Source: Negaprion brevirostris
Lineage: Eukaryota
DNA length: 64,000 bases
NCBI GenBank assembly: GCA_030324005.1
Contig: JARDVH010000059.1
Coordinates: 58,811,879 to 58,875,878, forward strand
Direction: 5' to 3'
Every line of letters starts with the position of its first letter. The stretch's first letter is position 1. Below, piece after piece: positions 26,030-40,000 of the stretch. The notes below the pieces were generated by a model. That model saw only the letters and a list, made by a program, of their open reading frames with translations, made no database searches and had not been told where the DNA came from. The translations under genes and the position numbers were made by a program.

Positions 26030-26380
26030 TACTCTTTCATGGGAAGTGGGTGTCACTGGCAAGGCCAACATTTGTTACGCATTCCTAATTGCTCTTATAC
26101 AGAGTGGCTTACTTTGAGGTCATTTAAGAGTCAACCACATTGCTGTGGATTTGGAGTCACATGTAGGTCAGTCCAGGTGAAGATGGCAGATTTCCTTCCC
26201 TGAAGGAATTATTGAACCAGATGGGTTTTTATGATAATCAGCAATGGTTTCATGGTCATTATTAGATTAATTCCATATTTTATCCAATTTGAATTCTACC
26301 ATCTGCTGTGGTGGAAGTCAGAGCCAGGTCCCCAGAGCATTGCCCTGGGTTACTAGTCCAGTGACAATAACACTATGTTA
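26030..26380 (-). mobile_element. SINE/LINE-derived repeat
   Basis: CATGGGAAGTGGGTGTCACTGGCAAGGCCAACATT..AAGAGTCAACCACATTGCTGTGG; related copies at about 58465-58650 and 60755-60960. Confidence 0.65.
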
Positions 26381-27109
26381 TAGCTATACTGCTGCTCATA
26401 TGGAAGTTGCTTTTCAGGATAACAGACAAATAATCGACACTGAGCGGGAGGGAGGGAAGGGAAATTGCATTTTAAAGTCAAAAACCTAGTCAAAAAATTA
26501 GAATTCAGGAAACCATTGAAAGTCAGAAGAGAGGTAACAAGATGGAGGCATTGCGGGCGAGAGGAAGCATAATTTGTGAAAGAGAAATTAGCAATAATGG
26601 AGCAACATAAACTGAGAAGGAGTAGATCATTTAGCTGCTTGAGTCTGTCCACCATTCAGTGAAATTGTGGCTGAACTGTGACCTCATGCTTTATGTCAGC
26701 CTTTTCACCGTATCTCTTCATGTACTTGTTTCCTAATCTTTAGTACACTCAGCTTGACTGGTTCAGTATGAGAGGAGAATCTGATAAATAAAGGCCATAC
26801 AATGACTATAGTGAGGCAAGTAGCTGTGGAGTCATGAGACAGCGTGGAGGTGAGGTGAGGAGAAAAGATGTTTGAGGAGGACTAAGTTAAGTTGATGTAT
26901 ACAAGATTGGAAATGGTTTGTGTTAGATTGTCAAATTATATATAAAAAACAAGCAATATAAGGTTACAAAAATCGTAATTATATCCAAAGCACGAAAAAG
27001 TTCTGATATCTGACAGCAATTAAAAATGTAGTTCTCAGCAGGATATCAACATTGAGTTGTATATGAAGTTAAACATTTAAATTTATGAGTATTACAGAAT
27101 CAATTTGCA

Positions 27110-29130
27110 TTTTAGGTTCATTAAATTTCATCTGCCATTTGTCCATCCATTAACCCAGTCTGTCTATGTCCTCTTGAAGCCTATCACTAGATCAAGAAAT
27201 CAGTGGTCCTACTATTGACCTGTAGGGGACACCCCCACTGTAAACACTCCTCCAGGTGAAAAACAGTCGTTCACATTATTCCTGCTCCTTCTCACTTAGC
27301 CAGCTTGGAGTCCATGTTGGCACAATCCCTTCTATTCCATGGGTTTTGACTTTGCTGACAGGCCTATTCTGAGGCACTTTACCAGATGCCTATTGGAAGT
27401 GCATGTATAGCACATCAAACACATTACATGAACCCTTCCTGTTGTTTCATTAAAACACTCAACCACTTTAGTTAAATGCAATTTTCCTTTAACAAATCCA
27501 TGCTGGCTTTCTTTAATAAATCCACATTTGTCCATTTGACTGTTTTCTCCACAGATTATTGTATCTAAGTAGTTTCCTACCTCTACCATCGATATTAAAC
27601 TGACAGGCCTGTAATTGCCAGGCCTACTGTTATGCTGTATTTTCAAACAAGGGTGTACCATTTACAAATCTTCAAGCCTTTGGCAACACTCCTGCACCTG
27701 AGGAGGATTGGAGAATTATGGCCAGTGTTTCCACAGTTTCAACCCTTGTTTCCCTGTATCCTCCAGTTCTGATGACTTACCATCTTTAAGTACAGCCATC
27801 TTTTTTAATATATCCTCTTTATCAGCCTTTTAGCTCACCCAGTGTCTCAACTGCTTTCTTTATAATTATGACTTTGATAGCAGCTTCTCCCTTGTGAAGA
27901 ATGGGTAGGATTTTCCCCCACCCACCCTGCCCCTCAGCATGTTTTCTGGTGGCCTTTTGCAGGCAGCAGGATCATCCGGTCTTGCTGATGATCTTCCNNN
28001 NNNNNNNNNNNNNNNNNNNNNNNNNNNNNNNNNNNNNNNNNNNNNNNNNNNNNNNNNNNNNNNNNNNNNNNNNNNNNNNNNNNNNNNNNNNNNNNNNTCG
28101 TGCTGATGATCTTCCGGTCCTGCTGAGGTCTATGGGATTTTGCAGGCCCATGCCCACGCCCTCCACCACGGGGGAATGTGCTGCGGGGGTCCCCATCGGC
28201 AGGACCAGCCATTTTGCTGGCAGGAAGGGGCAAAAAATTTTGGCCCTTATTTATTGTGTCCACCATGCCATCTGCCTCTATGCATAAACCTCCTTATTGG
28301 TCTTTCACTATTCTTTTATTTTTATGTAGCCTATTGAAGTCTTCTGCATTTCTTTAAATGTTAGTTTCCAGTCCTTTCTTGTACTGTCTCTTTGCATCTC
28401 TATCATTTTTCCATTTCCCCTCTGAATATTTTATATTTGGCCTAGTTCTCATCCACCTGATGGCTGTCAAATGCATCCTTTTTCTGCTTCATCTTCATAT
28501 TACTGGTTATCTCTTTCGTGATCCAGGAAGCTCTGTCTTTGTTTGCCCTACTTTCCCCCTCAAAGAAATGTACCTCAACTATACCCGAACCATCTCCTCT
28601 TCAAAGGCAGCCCATTGTTTCATTATAGTTACACCAGTAAATCATTGATTTCAATTTACCTGGGCTATCTCTTTTCTCACCACTGAAATCAGTTTTCCCC
28701 CACATTGATTATAATAATTTTGGTTGCTTCTAGTACTTTTTCATAGCGATCCTAAACTTTTAATACTATAATTGGCCCCTGAATGGTTCCTCCACTGGCA
28801 CTTGACCCATCTCATTCCTAATATCCAGCAATATCTCTTTCCTCATTAAACTGGAAACACACTGATCTAGAAAATTCTCCTGAATACACTTTAGGATCTC
28901 TTCCCCCTCTCTGCTTTTTGCACTATTACTGTCCCAGACCACATTAGCATAGTAAAGTACCCCCTACTATGTGGTTTTCCATCTCAATATAATTTCTTTG
29001 ATAATTTGTTCTTCTATGTCCTTCCCACTAGTCAGTGGTCATAGAATGCACTGAGTAGTGCAAGGTATCTCTCTTGTTTCTTAACTCTAACCACAGATAG
29101 ATTCTGTCCTTGTTCCTTCTAGGACCCTGT
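27110..29130 (-). mobile_element. Long decayed CR1 LINE ORF2, interrupted at 27903-28246
   Basis: PGNYRPVSLIS..IKESQHGFVKGK..; endonuclease-like remnants toward 29100. Confidence 0.8.
27903..28246. mobile_element. Putative non-autonomous DNA transposon nested in CR1
   Basis: GC-rich insert with imperfect inverted ends GGGTAGGATTTT / AAAATTTTGGCCC; a similar end occurs at 63103 (GGGTAGAATTTTCCC). Confidence 0.5.
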
Positions 29131-29394
29131 CTCCAGCGCATTAATACTAATTCTGTGTGCCTTCTCTATTCCCATGAGAGATGATACTTCAGAGTTACAA
29201 AGAAAGAGTCTTTGCAACATATTGGATGCAGGGGAAGATATTAAGTTTAGGATTGTGGTCAAAGCCTGTACCTATTACATTTCTTTGATCATCATTTATT
29301 TCTCAACAATACTAGACATATAAAGGTAAATGTTTGGTGTTATTCCGACAGTCCTTGCCTGTATGTTAAAGTGCCTCGGTTTTGATTGTTTCAG

Positions 29395-29548
29395 ATTGAT
29401 ACTCTTTACCCAGTGAGGTATAAGTTTGAAGCTGTGGTTGCTGCTGGCCGAGAGGGCTATAGGCTGAGGAAATATGTTGATTCAAAGTCGCCACCAATCT
29501 CCACTCACATTCAGAACAAAAATGTCAGCAGAACAGAAAAGAAAGGCC
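29395..29548 (+). CDS. RP1: RP1 exon 3: end of DCX2 and linker
   Basis: tttcag|ATT acceptor, GCC|GTAAGT donor at 29549; 154 nt, phase 0 to 1. IDTLYPVRYKFEAVVAAGREGY contains the AVVAAGRE motif that closes DCX2. Confidence 0.92.
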
Positions 29549-30253
29549 GTAAGTCTCTTTTTCTTTCATCCATATACGTGATATTAGTGTTACAAATAAA
29601 CATTCCTACTCTATTGTACTTTTTTCCCAGCCTCATTATAATGGTAATTTCTACAATTGGGAGTGTAGGATTCTCCACAAATATGATCGGTGTTGTCTCT
29701 CAGCTTGTCCACTAGGGGAGCTGCTTCCAGGATTTGCATCGTCTTGGTTGCTAAGTGATCTGAAAAACTGAACTGTCTTGGGGAAGAATGATAGCAGTCC
29801 AGCCACACATCCCAGTTTATAACCAGCTATTCCAACTTTACAGTTACTAGTCACATGGAAAATTGCACTTTTATTTAAAGATTCCAACACTTGAAATATT
29901 TTAATTGAAAGCCTTGTGGATCTGCTGTTATATTCCACACGGTGAATTTGGAAGAGGAAAGTGAGATTTTCCTCGCTGCTGACAGTGAAGATGTACTTGT
30001 GGATCAGAGTTTTGGAAAATCAGGTGGATCAAAGCACGTATCTGCAGAAGAAGACAGCCAATTTATCTGTTATTTTCCAGGTAGGAAAGTCAGATGGGTT
30101 CCTTTCTAAGCATGGTCTCCAGCCTGCCCAATATTCTAATATCTGTTGTGCTTGAGCACAGGGGAACCAAGCAATTTAATATATGCATGAGCATCAATGT
30201 GCAGGAACAGATAATTTCAACAATTATTGTTTTTAACATGTTGTCTCATGTTA

Positions 30254-30558
30254 GGCAGCACAGCATCACAGTGGTTAGCGCTGCTGCCTCACAATGCTGG
30301 GGACCCGGGTTCAGTTCCTGGTTTGGGTCACTGTGCAGAGTCTGCACATTCTCCCCGTATCTGTGTGGGTTCCTCCAGATGCTGTAGTTTTCTCCCACAG
30401 TCGGAAGGACATGCTGGTTAGGTGCATTGACCATGATAAATTCTCCCTCAGTGTACCCAAACAGACACTGGAGTGTGGCGACTAGGGGATTTTCACAGTA
30501 ACTTCATTGTGGTGTTACCATAAGCCTACTTGTGACGAAAATGAATAAACTTAAACTT
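30254..30558 (+). mobile_element. tRNA-derived V-SINE (HE1-like)
   Basis: AGTGGTTAGCGCTGCTGCCTCAC..GGGACCCGGGTTCAGTTCC, V-core, shared tail. Confidence 0.9.
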
Positions 30559-31349
30559 GAGAAGCATTGGAGTAAGCCATTTAGCCCCTTGAGCCTTTTC
30601 CACGAGTCAATGAGATCATGTCTAATCTAATTTACAATATTGCTGCTATTGTGATAGAATTTGCAAATTGTGTGAAATGATTTCCTTCAAATAATGTGCC
30701 TGTTTAGAAAAAAAAAGTTACCCCATTGACTTAAGGAATTGATTTTTGTAAGTTTGCTTTTCTGTTGGGGAACAATCTGCCAATAATACATATTGGAAAA
30801 TCACAAACAGCACACCTGATATTTGCTGCTGATGGTCAAACGTATTCACTGCCAACACAAACTCAGGAGATGACTCCCAGAGTACCACTCAAATACAATT
30901 ACCATGTTGATGCAGTGATCCATTCTCTATTACCAACACTGAATGGTGGCAACATTTCATAGGAATTACACTTTAAGTGATACAGTGAGCACAGCTATAT
31001 ATGATCTCATGACCACTTAAAGGAGAAAAGAGAAACTGGGGATAAATATTAAAATATAGTAGAATGAGATGAAAGATAAATATGGTTAGCTCCCACTGGA
31101 CATGGTTGTACTGAAGGTGGTACTGAAAATTAAGTTGCAAAATGCAGAAGACATGGGACTCAAAAGAGATCAAGAAATGCATTATCCATGGACACAATAG
31201 TCAATGAATTGGAAAAAAAACAGTTGTACTAAAAGAAGATCACGCACACCCTGGTTTTGAGGAAGAACTCAGCTAGTGAACCCACAATTGAGGCAGAGAT
31301 CAATTAACAAAATGCTACTACTTAAGAAAGAAAAGAGACCCTGAGACAT

Positions 31350-32295
31350 ACTCACCCTTATCCAAACTCCCTTCCCACCTCCTCTCCCAACCTCCTCATC
31401 TCCATTTATCTTCCAGCTCTCTCCAACCTCATCCTTTCTCTTCCCCTTCTTCTATCGTTTCCCTTCCTTCCTTCAAGGTTTCCTCTTTTCCTTCTACTCA
31501 TTCTCTCCTCCTCACAGCCTCTCTTCCCCACATGTTACCCTCTTCCCACTTGCCTGCTCCTAATGTTTTCCCTTATCACATCTTTTACCTCCCCCTTCCC
31601 TACCCTTCCTTCTTCTACTCTTCCCTCTTTACCAAAACTTTTTTCTCATTCATCCTCAGCTTTGCCTTCCTCATTCTTTTTTCCTTCACTCTCTCTCTCT
31701 TTTTTCTTTGCCCTCTCTCTCCCACCCTTTCCTCCTTTTCTGTTTTACCTTCACTCTCCTTTCCTCATTATGTCCCATTCTCTTCCCTTCCTCTCTCTTC
31801 TTTACCCCCTTTATACTGTCTCTTCTCCTTTTCTCTTCACCTGTCCCTTCTGCTGCCAAATCCTTATTTTGCCTCATTCGACTTTCTTCCATTTATTTTG
31901 CACATTGTTTTCCCCATTGCCAGACCCCTTCTTCTCTCCCTATCTTTCTTCCCCACTCTCCTTGCTTTCTTTTCTTTTGCCACAATCCTCTTCCCCTTTT
32001 CCTCCCTTGCCTTTCCCCTCATCCTTTCTGTCCTACTCACTTCTTCCTCTCTCATCGAATATTTCTCTCCTCCCTCTTCTATCTCACTCTCCTCCTCTTC
32101 CCTCCTCTCTCCCTTTTCCAACTCATCTAGCTTCTGCTCTTCTTGCCTTCTTCCCTTTTCCCCTTCTCGCTAATCTTTTGTCCTTGCTCTTTCCTTCTTT
32201 TCCTATCCGTTCCTTTGCCTGTCTCTCCCATACCACCCACTTCTCTTCATCCTCTCCTGTCCTCTCTGCTCCTTTTCCCTATTTCTTCCCATCCA
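31350..32295 (+). repeat. About 950-bp polypyrimidine (C/T-rich) low-complexity tract
   Basis: Strongly C/T-dominated on the + strand with no fixed repeat unit. Confidence 0.95.
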
Positions 32296-33054
32296 TTTAT
32301 TGGGCAGAATTTAATGGATGTTCGGGAACGAGTTGGGAAATAAGGAGGCAATTGGTTAAGGGTGGGAGTTGGTAGGAATGTTGGAGTGCCCTTCACCTTT
32401 CCAAAATTATGAAATTCTTTGTGATGGGATAGGTCAAGAATGACTTTCCCACAGTGAGGCTACCTGAAGCCCTTAAGTGGCCACTGGGCCACTCAAAGGC
32501 GTCTAGCTGTTGCCACTGGCATTTTATCTGTGCTATGTCATAAGGGGAGACTTGGTAGCCTCCTTGCCAACTCAGGGTCTGGGTAGGCCAACCTTATCAG
32601 GCATTCCATGGCCTGTGAAAACGACCCTTTACATCAAGGGCCCCACCCCACAGAAATAATCCTGTCACTCGTATCCACCCTGCTTCTCTGTGCTGGGTAC
32701 AGTCGCAAAGCGCCCATCACTCCAGGAGGTACTGTTAGGATTGACTGACATCATTTGAAATAGGGCCTCATCCCTAAGAAGGATGGGACTCCCAATGACT
32801 GCAGATTACCTGCCTGACAAGGGTGGAGTGACCCTTCCCTGCTGTACCCATGGCATTGTGCGTGACTCAGCATGTTCCTGGGACAATATAAAATTTCCCC
32901 TATTCTCTGTCCATTTTTTCACTTCCTCTGCTTTATCTCCTCTATCTCACTGCTCTCTAACCTAGCTTGTCTGGGAGATCAGCTTTAGAAACATAACAGA
33001 AGTTTTAAAATCAAGTGCTAAAAAATGTAATCATGGTATAAGTGACCAATTTGT

Positions 33055-33750
33055 CATCCTATGTTTGTCTACAGATCTCAAAAGGCAGGAGGGCATGTTA
33101 ATAGAGTGATCAAAAAGGCATTTAGGACACTTGCTTTTATCAATCAAGGCATTGTTTACAAAAGCAGGGAAGTCATGTTGAAATTGAATAGAACTTTGGT
33201 AAAGCCACAGCTGGACTACTGTGTGCAGTTCTGGTTGCCACATTATAGGAAGGATGTGATTGCACTGGAGAAGGTGCAGGGGAGATTCACCAGGTTGCTG
33301 TCTGAGAAGGAAAATTTATGAAGTGAGGTTGTGGAGACTGGATTGTTTTTGTTGGAGCAGAGAAGACTAAGGGGCGACCTGATCAAAGTGAATAAGAGAG
33401 CATTGGACAGAATGGATAAGAAGCAATTTTTCGTCTCAGTTGAAGAATCAGTCATGAGGGGACATAGGTTCAAGGTGAGGGGCAGGAGATTTAGTGGGGG
33501 GAATGTGAAGAAAAAATATTTTAACCAGAAGATGGTAATCATCTGGAATGCGTTGTCTGGGAGGGTGGTAGAGGTGGGTTGCCTCACATCCTTTAAAATG
33601 TATCTGGGTGAGCACTTGGCATATCATAACAATCAGGGGTATGGGCCAAGTACTGGCAGATGGGATTAAGAGGGATTCAGGTGTTTCTAATGTGTTGGTG
33701 TGAACCCAAAGGGCCTTTTCTGTGCTGTATGTTTTATAACTCTATGATCC
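33055..33750 (+). mobile_element. CR1 LINE 3' end
   Basis: YKSREVMLKL.RTLVKPQLDYCVQFW..LEQRRLRGDLI..QGYGPSTGRWD*. Confidence 0.9.
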
Positions 33751-34071
33751 TGAAGTAATTTCTTCAGCATTCAAGTGTCAAAAAAAACCAGTCAGAAGTT
33801 GTATAGATCAAGAGGATGCTGATTGAGGCTGAAGCGCTTGAATTCTAGCTTTCTATAAATGGAATTACATGATACTATTCTTTTGATAGTCTATCTTTTC
33901 TGATGTTTTATGTTTGTTCCTTGTCTAAAAATTAAATAGTAATGTAAATGCTTTTTTTAGTTTCTTTGCTGACATTTCTAATTATTTCTCTCTTTTCTAT
34001 TCTTTTTTTTGCCTCCCATTGTTCTTCACCCTTGTCTCACCTTCATCATCTTTCATCTTCTTTGCGTGCAG

Positions 34072-37000
34072 GTGGGATAAAGTTAGGGAGAAGACAATGG
34101 CTCATTAATTCAGTCTCTCCTTCCAGCTCAAATTCTCAGGGTTACTCCACATCTTCTGATAAATTTTATGTGAATAACAGTAAAAACCTTTTAAGAAACA
34201 GCTTCCATTCACCTAAAAATGAAACTGATGCTTACAAGAATTACATTTACACAGGGGAAGAAAAGTCTATGATACCATCAGAAGATGACATTGAGAAGTC
34301 CGTCTTTATGACTGAGGATGGCAGTATAACTGTAGAAATGAAAGTACACCTCCACATAAAGGAGAAAGAGACAATACAATGGACTAGTACAATTAGTCAT
34401 TCTAATATATGTAACAGGAAGCTTAATACTCACAAAGCAAAACTGAAATCTAATGTTGAATCAGCAGATCTTATTAATGCACGCCCTTACCTTAATTCTG
34501 AAGTGATGCACAATGAGAATTTAGGCCATGAGCAAGACTTCCATGATATTTTCACACCTCAAAAATGCACAAGACAAATAGAACATGCTAAACACGGACA
34601 TTGTGACATCTGGCAAAATAAGTTTTTGGACACAAATGAAGATCTTCCTGAACTGGGGGCAGAACTCAAAGATCCTGCTCGTGGGAAGATAACACAGGAC
34701 CAGGTATGTCTGGAAAGCATGCCTGCCAATCCTGACACAGAGATTGGTGCAAATATAGTTCAACTTTCAAAGCTGGATGGGTCAGGACTTGGAGAGAGCA
34801 CAGTAGAGAACTGTAATGAGCGTTTTTCAATATCAAATGCAAAGGAATCTTGCGAAAGAAGTAGTGACGCAGTTTCTGACAAGTCACAAACATGGGAAGA
34901 GGTAAATGTGAATAATCAGGGAGAAGAGAAAACAATCCTAGATAAAGACACCTCTTTTGTTCGGAAAAGTTCCTCCTCAAAGTACTCAGGGTGGTGCCAT
35001 GCAGACCAATTCACTGAACTGAAAATGATCAACTCCCACGATGAAAGTACAGATGCAAGAAATATGTGTTTACAATATTGGGAAGAAAGTGGGTGTGATG
35101 GCATGGATAACAATGTTGCAAAGTTAAATTTGAGACCTACTTCTGCAGATGCAACATGCCCCATTTCAAAACAAGGAACTAAATATGTAAAGAGATCCAT
35201 GAGTGCGTCATTCAAATATTCTAGATCTTCTGCGTCGATTCAAAAGGAAACAACTAGCTTGTCATCCAGAACAGGGTGTTCACACACATCAACTGAAAGA
35301 ATGGACATAAACATGAACTGTATTTGCAGTTCTGAGATTTGTCAAGCCGGAATGTCTGTATTTTCGGAAGATTTAAACAGTGTCTCAAAGTGTTTGCAAA
35401 GTTCTGCTTCTGTGAGGAATCAGGATTGCACCAATACTACTGATAAGGTGGAGATGCCAGTTAACACAGATTCGGATGACTCGTCACCTACAGATGAAGA
35501 GGAAAGAGCTTTTTGCAGAGCTGAAGAGGCATGTCAGATTTACGATGGTTTAGCTTTCTCTTCAAGAGTGGATGAGCAAAACTGCAGTAACCACACAAGT
35601 GAGAATACAGAGCTTTGCCCAGAATATAGCAGTCATTCACAACAACCTCAATTACTAGACCAGCTTGAAAAAACTGATTTGAGTGATGATTGCACTGCTC
35701 CCAGCAATGGTCAAATTGCAATGGAAATGGTTGACACTGACAAGTATCAAAGTACTGAATTTAATCCTGGTGAGATGTCTAATGAAAGCAAAGTGACATT
35801 TCATATTGAAAGAAGCGGCAATAGTCCTGTGTCTCATGATTCCATAGCGTTGTTACCTCCTAAAGAAGAAACAAACTCTGATCTTTCCCAGTTACTGCCA
35901 GAAAAAGGACCTTGCAGTACAGAATCACTGAATTATAAATTACAACAAATGGAGGACCAAGACACTCACACCATCAGCAACAGTTCTGTAACATCCTCCA
36001 GAAATGAAAATATATCTGAGGTGAACATTTGCCAAGATATTTTTTCAGAGGGTAAACTGACCAGTTTAATAATAGGCTGCACAGAAGAATTGAATCTGTA
36101 CCATGAAGAATGTGTTCAGCACAGTGCAGTTACTACGGAGAGAAATTCTGATTTGCCAGAAAGTTCCTCAGTTCGACTAGAAATTGATCCTGATTCAATT
36201 TCAGGTGGAAATATAAAACAAATCCCGGATGTTAGCAGTTGCTCCATTGACAGTGACATCCAACAAAATTTTTCTAATCCTTGCAGGAAGAAATGGAAAA
36301 ATAGTAGACTATTTAATATAACTGCAGTCGGGAAACATAATTTCAAACATGATACTGAAAGTTCAAAACCTTTTTCTATTTTGATGCAACAAGAGGAGCA
36401 GGAATTATATAATGCTGATAGCTCTCAAGCACACAATTTTGTGCAAGAAAGGCTAAATATGTCAGGAACTTCTGACACGGTGTGCAATGATTTCAATCTT
36501 AAATCTTATCCACAAACACAACTTGAAGGGCAGCAGACAGTTGATGATTTGACCAGTAATATTACCAAAGAATCAAATGAATTGTCTGACCATGATTCTG
36601 ATTTTATTAATCAAACCAAAAAGCTTAAATCTGAAATAGAGGTTCCAGCTGGATGCAGGTTAATGCAAGTATCAGCCCCAGCTGTTGGTGACATGCAAAA
36701 GGTATATGAAGTATCAGATGATTGCAACAGTGATGATTTATTGCAAAGGCAAGTAAGTGTCACAGAAGGAGAGGGTAAACCTGCACCCATACCACATGAG
36801 ATTCAGCACAGGACCATTACAGAAGTAATTGATGACAAACTTAATGAGATTGACTTTGCAAAAGAAACAATTGACATTGCAATCCAAGCTGACATTGGAC
36901 TCATTTCTGAAATGGCTGAAGAGAAGGACTCTTTTGGTGAACATGACCTAAGCCAGGTGTTGTGCAAGCTGCAGTCAACGCTTGCTGTGATCAAATGCAA

Positions 37001-40000
37001 TTCTGAACACAGGAACAACATTTGTCTCAAGAATTCTTATGAAAGAGCTGATATGTCAGAACATCTTGCCACCACGTTAAGCACATCTTCAAAGGTCCTA
37101 CTTGCTTGGTTAGCAATAATGAACCTGAATGATACTGTTCCAGCTTCATCCACCAATGCAAAGCTATTGATGAATAATTGTAAGTGTTCTGAGATAATAA
37201 CATTTTTGCAGTCCATAAGGCGTGTTATCAAACTTCAAGAAACTGATGATTTAAAACATAGTATTCCACATCTACAGAAATATGCCTCTCAGTTAGTAAA
37301 AGTGTGGAAAAATGAACATTACAAAGGATCTAGCTCTGCTTTTGAAAATGACCCTCAGACTGAATGTTCTGTACAGCTTGGAACTTCAGATGTTCAACAG
37401 ATTTCTTCATACGATGCTCCGCAATTGATCAAAGCTGCTGAAAATGAGAAGTATTTTTATATGCAAAATTTAATTGAACAGCCGGAGCATGCTGATGAAG
37501 CTGAAGAAAAGGAAGAAGTTAAATTTAATGCTAACATTCTTTCAACAGAAGAAAACACAAAAGAATCAGGTGACAATGATTCTGAACTCCTCAGTTCTAA
37601 AGACAGTTCTATTTTTTCTGATATGTTAGAAAGTCAGATAGAAACTGATTCTCTATTTCTAGGTAAAGGCACATTTGATGAAACAACAGTTATGACCAAG
37701 GAATGGGCTGGGAAGGAAACAGTTGAGAGAGAAGGTGATGATCCGAAGGAGAAGTTTGCAACTTTACAACACATTGAAGATATGAGACCAGAAAATGTTG
37801 CTAAAAATAAAGAATTCCTTTATATCAACTGCATAAATAATAATGAAAATAGACACTCAGGAAACCTGAAGTACAAGGAAACTAGCAATCACTTTACATG
37901 TGCTAACAGTACAGAAAAAACAGATGAATTGTCAGCAGCTTCCGATACAGCGTTTCTTCAAAATAGGATCTCTCTTCAAAGCTCCTTGTGTCACAAATCA
38001 TCTTTAGCAAATGATATATGTGAACCGAAGCACAGAAATATGTTTTGTCAGGGAGAACGTATAAGCAAAAGCAATAGTTGTGAAATACCTGCTTGCCGAC
38101 TTTCACCAGTTGCTTCTGTGGCTTCTAGCAATGATATTGAGAATGGAAAAAAGACTGACAGTCANNNNNNNNNNNNNNNNNNNNNNNNNNNNNNNNNNNN
38201 NNNNNNNNNNNNNNNNNNNNNNNNNNNNNNNNNNNNNNNNNNNNNNNNNNNNNNNNNNNNNNNNTATTGAGAATGGAAAAAAGACTGACAGTCAGCAACT
38301 GACAAAAACAAAAGAAATCTGTGAGAACCCTTCCGCTGAAGGGGAAGTTGGTCATAAGGAATTATTGCCAGGTATTTACCCGCCGGTACCATTAAATCAT
38401 AATATCAAACAGTGTTTAGAAAGACAGCAGACATCTGACTTGTCTGAAGAGAATCAAGAAAGTGCGAACAGTATTGCAAGCAATTACAATTCCCAAGAAT
38501 CCTATGAAATGACAACGGAGGGAGAGGACGTAGTGCTTGTAAAAACAAGACATTTCTCTGCAAACTTTGTGAGAAAAGCTACTGCGAGACTGTATGGCAA
38601 ATCACATTATGTATCAAAACACTTGGCAAATGACTTGACCCCCAGTGACCGTGCAGAGACAGAAGCAGTTTTCCAAACTAGGACCACTGACAACGCATCT
38701 TGTAAAATATCCGCAAGTAGTGATAAATCAAACACTGCTGGAACATACGGCATTGATAATGAATCGTTACACATTTCAGGCTTGGATAAGGGCCACACAT
38801 TTAACAAATCTCAAGACAACAGTGCACAATCTGAAAATGATGGTGTGTATATTGAAAAAGGACGATGGTTTCTAAAAGAAAACCACTTAATAAGAAAGTC
38901 TCCTCCTCTAAACTTGGGAATGTATGGAAACCTAGATACAACGTCAGTTGATACAGCAAGTGATGATTCTGCATACCCACACATTAATGCTATGTATTCC
39001 GGTCCTCCACTGTCTGAATTGTCATCAACAGATATTGAGGAGGGGATAAAATCAAGACCTATGTGTAATTATTTTAACATGTCTCATGGGAGTGATTCAG
39101 AACCATTCCCAGACTTAATCAGTGAAAAAAATCAGTATAGCCATATTTGCAGTGGTTCCCATCTTACCAACAAGAATGACAGCAATAAACAATCAGCTCG
39201 AACTCCTGTTGGGCCTACAGGGATGTATGCTGAAGCGAATGACAGTGACTCATCTTTTAGCTCAGTGGGATTTCATATGTTTGACAACAAAGTGAGTCCC
39301 ATGGTCCAGCCGTTAGCTCAAGGGACTGTGGTGGAGCAGCCATCTAGAGAAACTGCCAGAACTCTTCAAAATCCAGGGTCCCTGGATAAGCATCGTTTTC
39401 TATGTGGCCAGTACTGTCCTATTCTGACAACTGTCATTGAAGCAGGCAATGAGGAGAGCAGAAATTTTGTATATCAGAAAAAATCAGATCCGGAGAATCA
39501 GTGGATATTTCATTCGGAAAATGGAGCAGATATTTTTAACATTGGGAAGTGCAATGATTTAATAACTGGAAAAGAAAATTTCTCAGTATTAAGTAAACAT
39601 TTAAATGATGAAATTATCGGTGACATAGCTAATTGGTTTAATGCTCAAAATTTTGAGGATGACGTTAGAAGAATTAAATTAAGTCTTGTTGCAAAATGTT
39701 TGGGTGCTAATCTTAAAACATTAAAAGCTCCCGTCTACACTGAAGAAACAGAATCGAAGCACAAAGACAAGCCATTTTGTTCTAATATTCAGGCTGAGAA
39801 ATTATATATGAAAGGAATAATAGAACAGTGGTTCATGAAACAGGCAGTAGAAAACAAAATCAAAGCAGTCAAAGGAAGGAAAAATGGCATATCATTCCAA
39901 GCTCGGAAAGTGGAAGATTCTTCAGGTCAACACACTGATCCATACATTCTTCATACAAGAAGCACAGCAAATAATAATGCCACTATTACTTTATTGGAAG

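Noticed and set aside
31532-32375. 213-aa and 270-aa Ser/Phe/Leu/Pro-rich membrane-like ORFs and the antisense Glu/Arg/Lys ORFs
   Set aside because: Stop-codon-poor by-products of the C/T tract.
33948-34071. Hydrophobic signal-peptide-like N-terminus of the 1440-aa ORF
   Set aside because: It is the translated polypyrimidine tract of the intron; the phase-matched acceptor is at 34071/34072.
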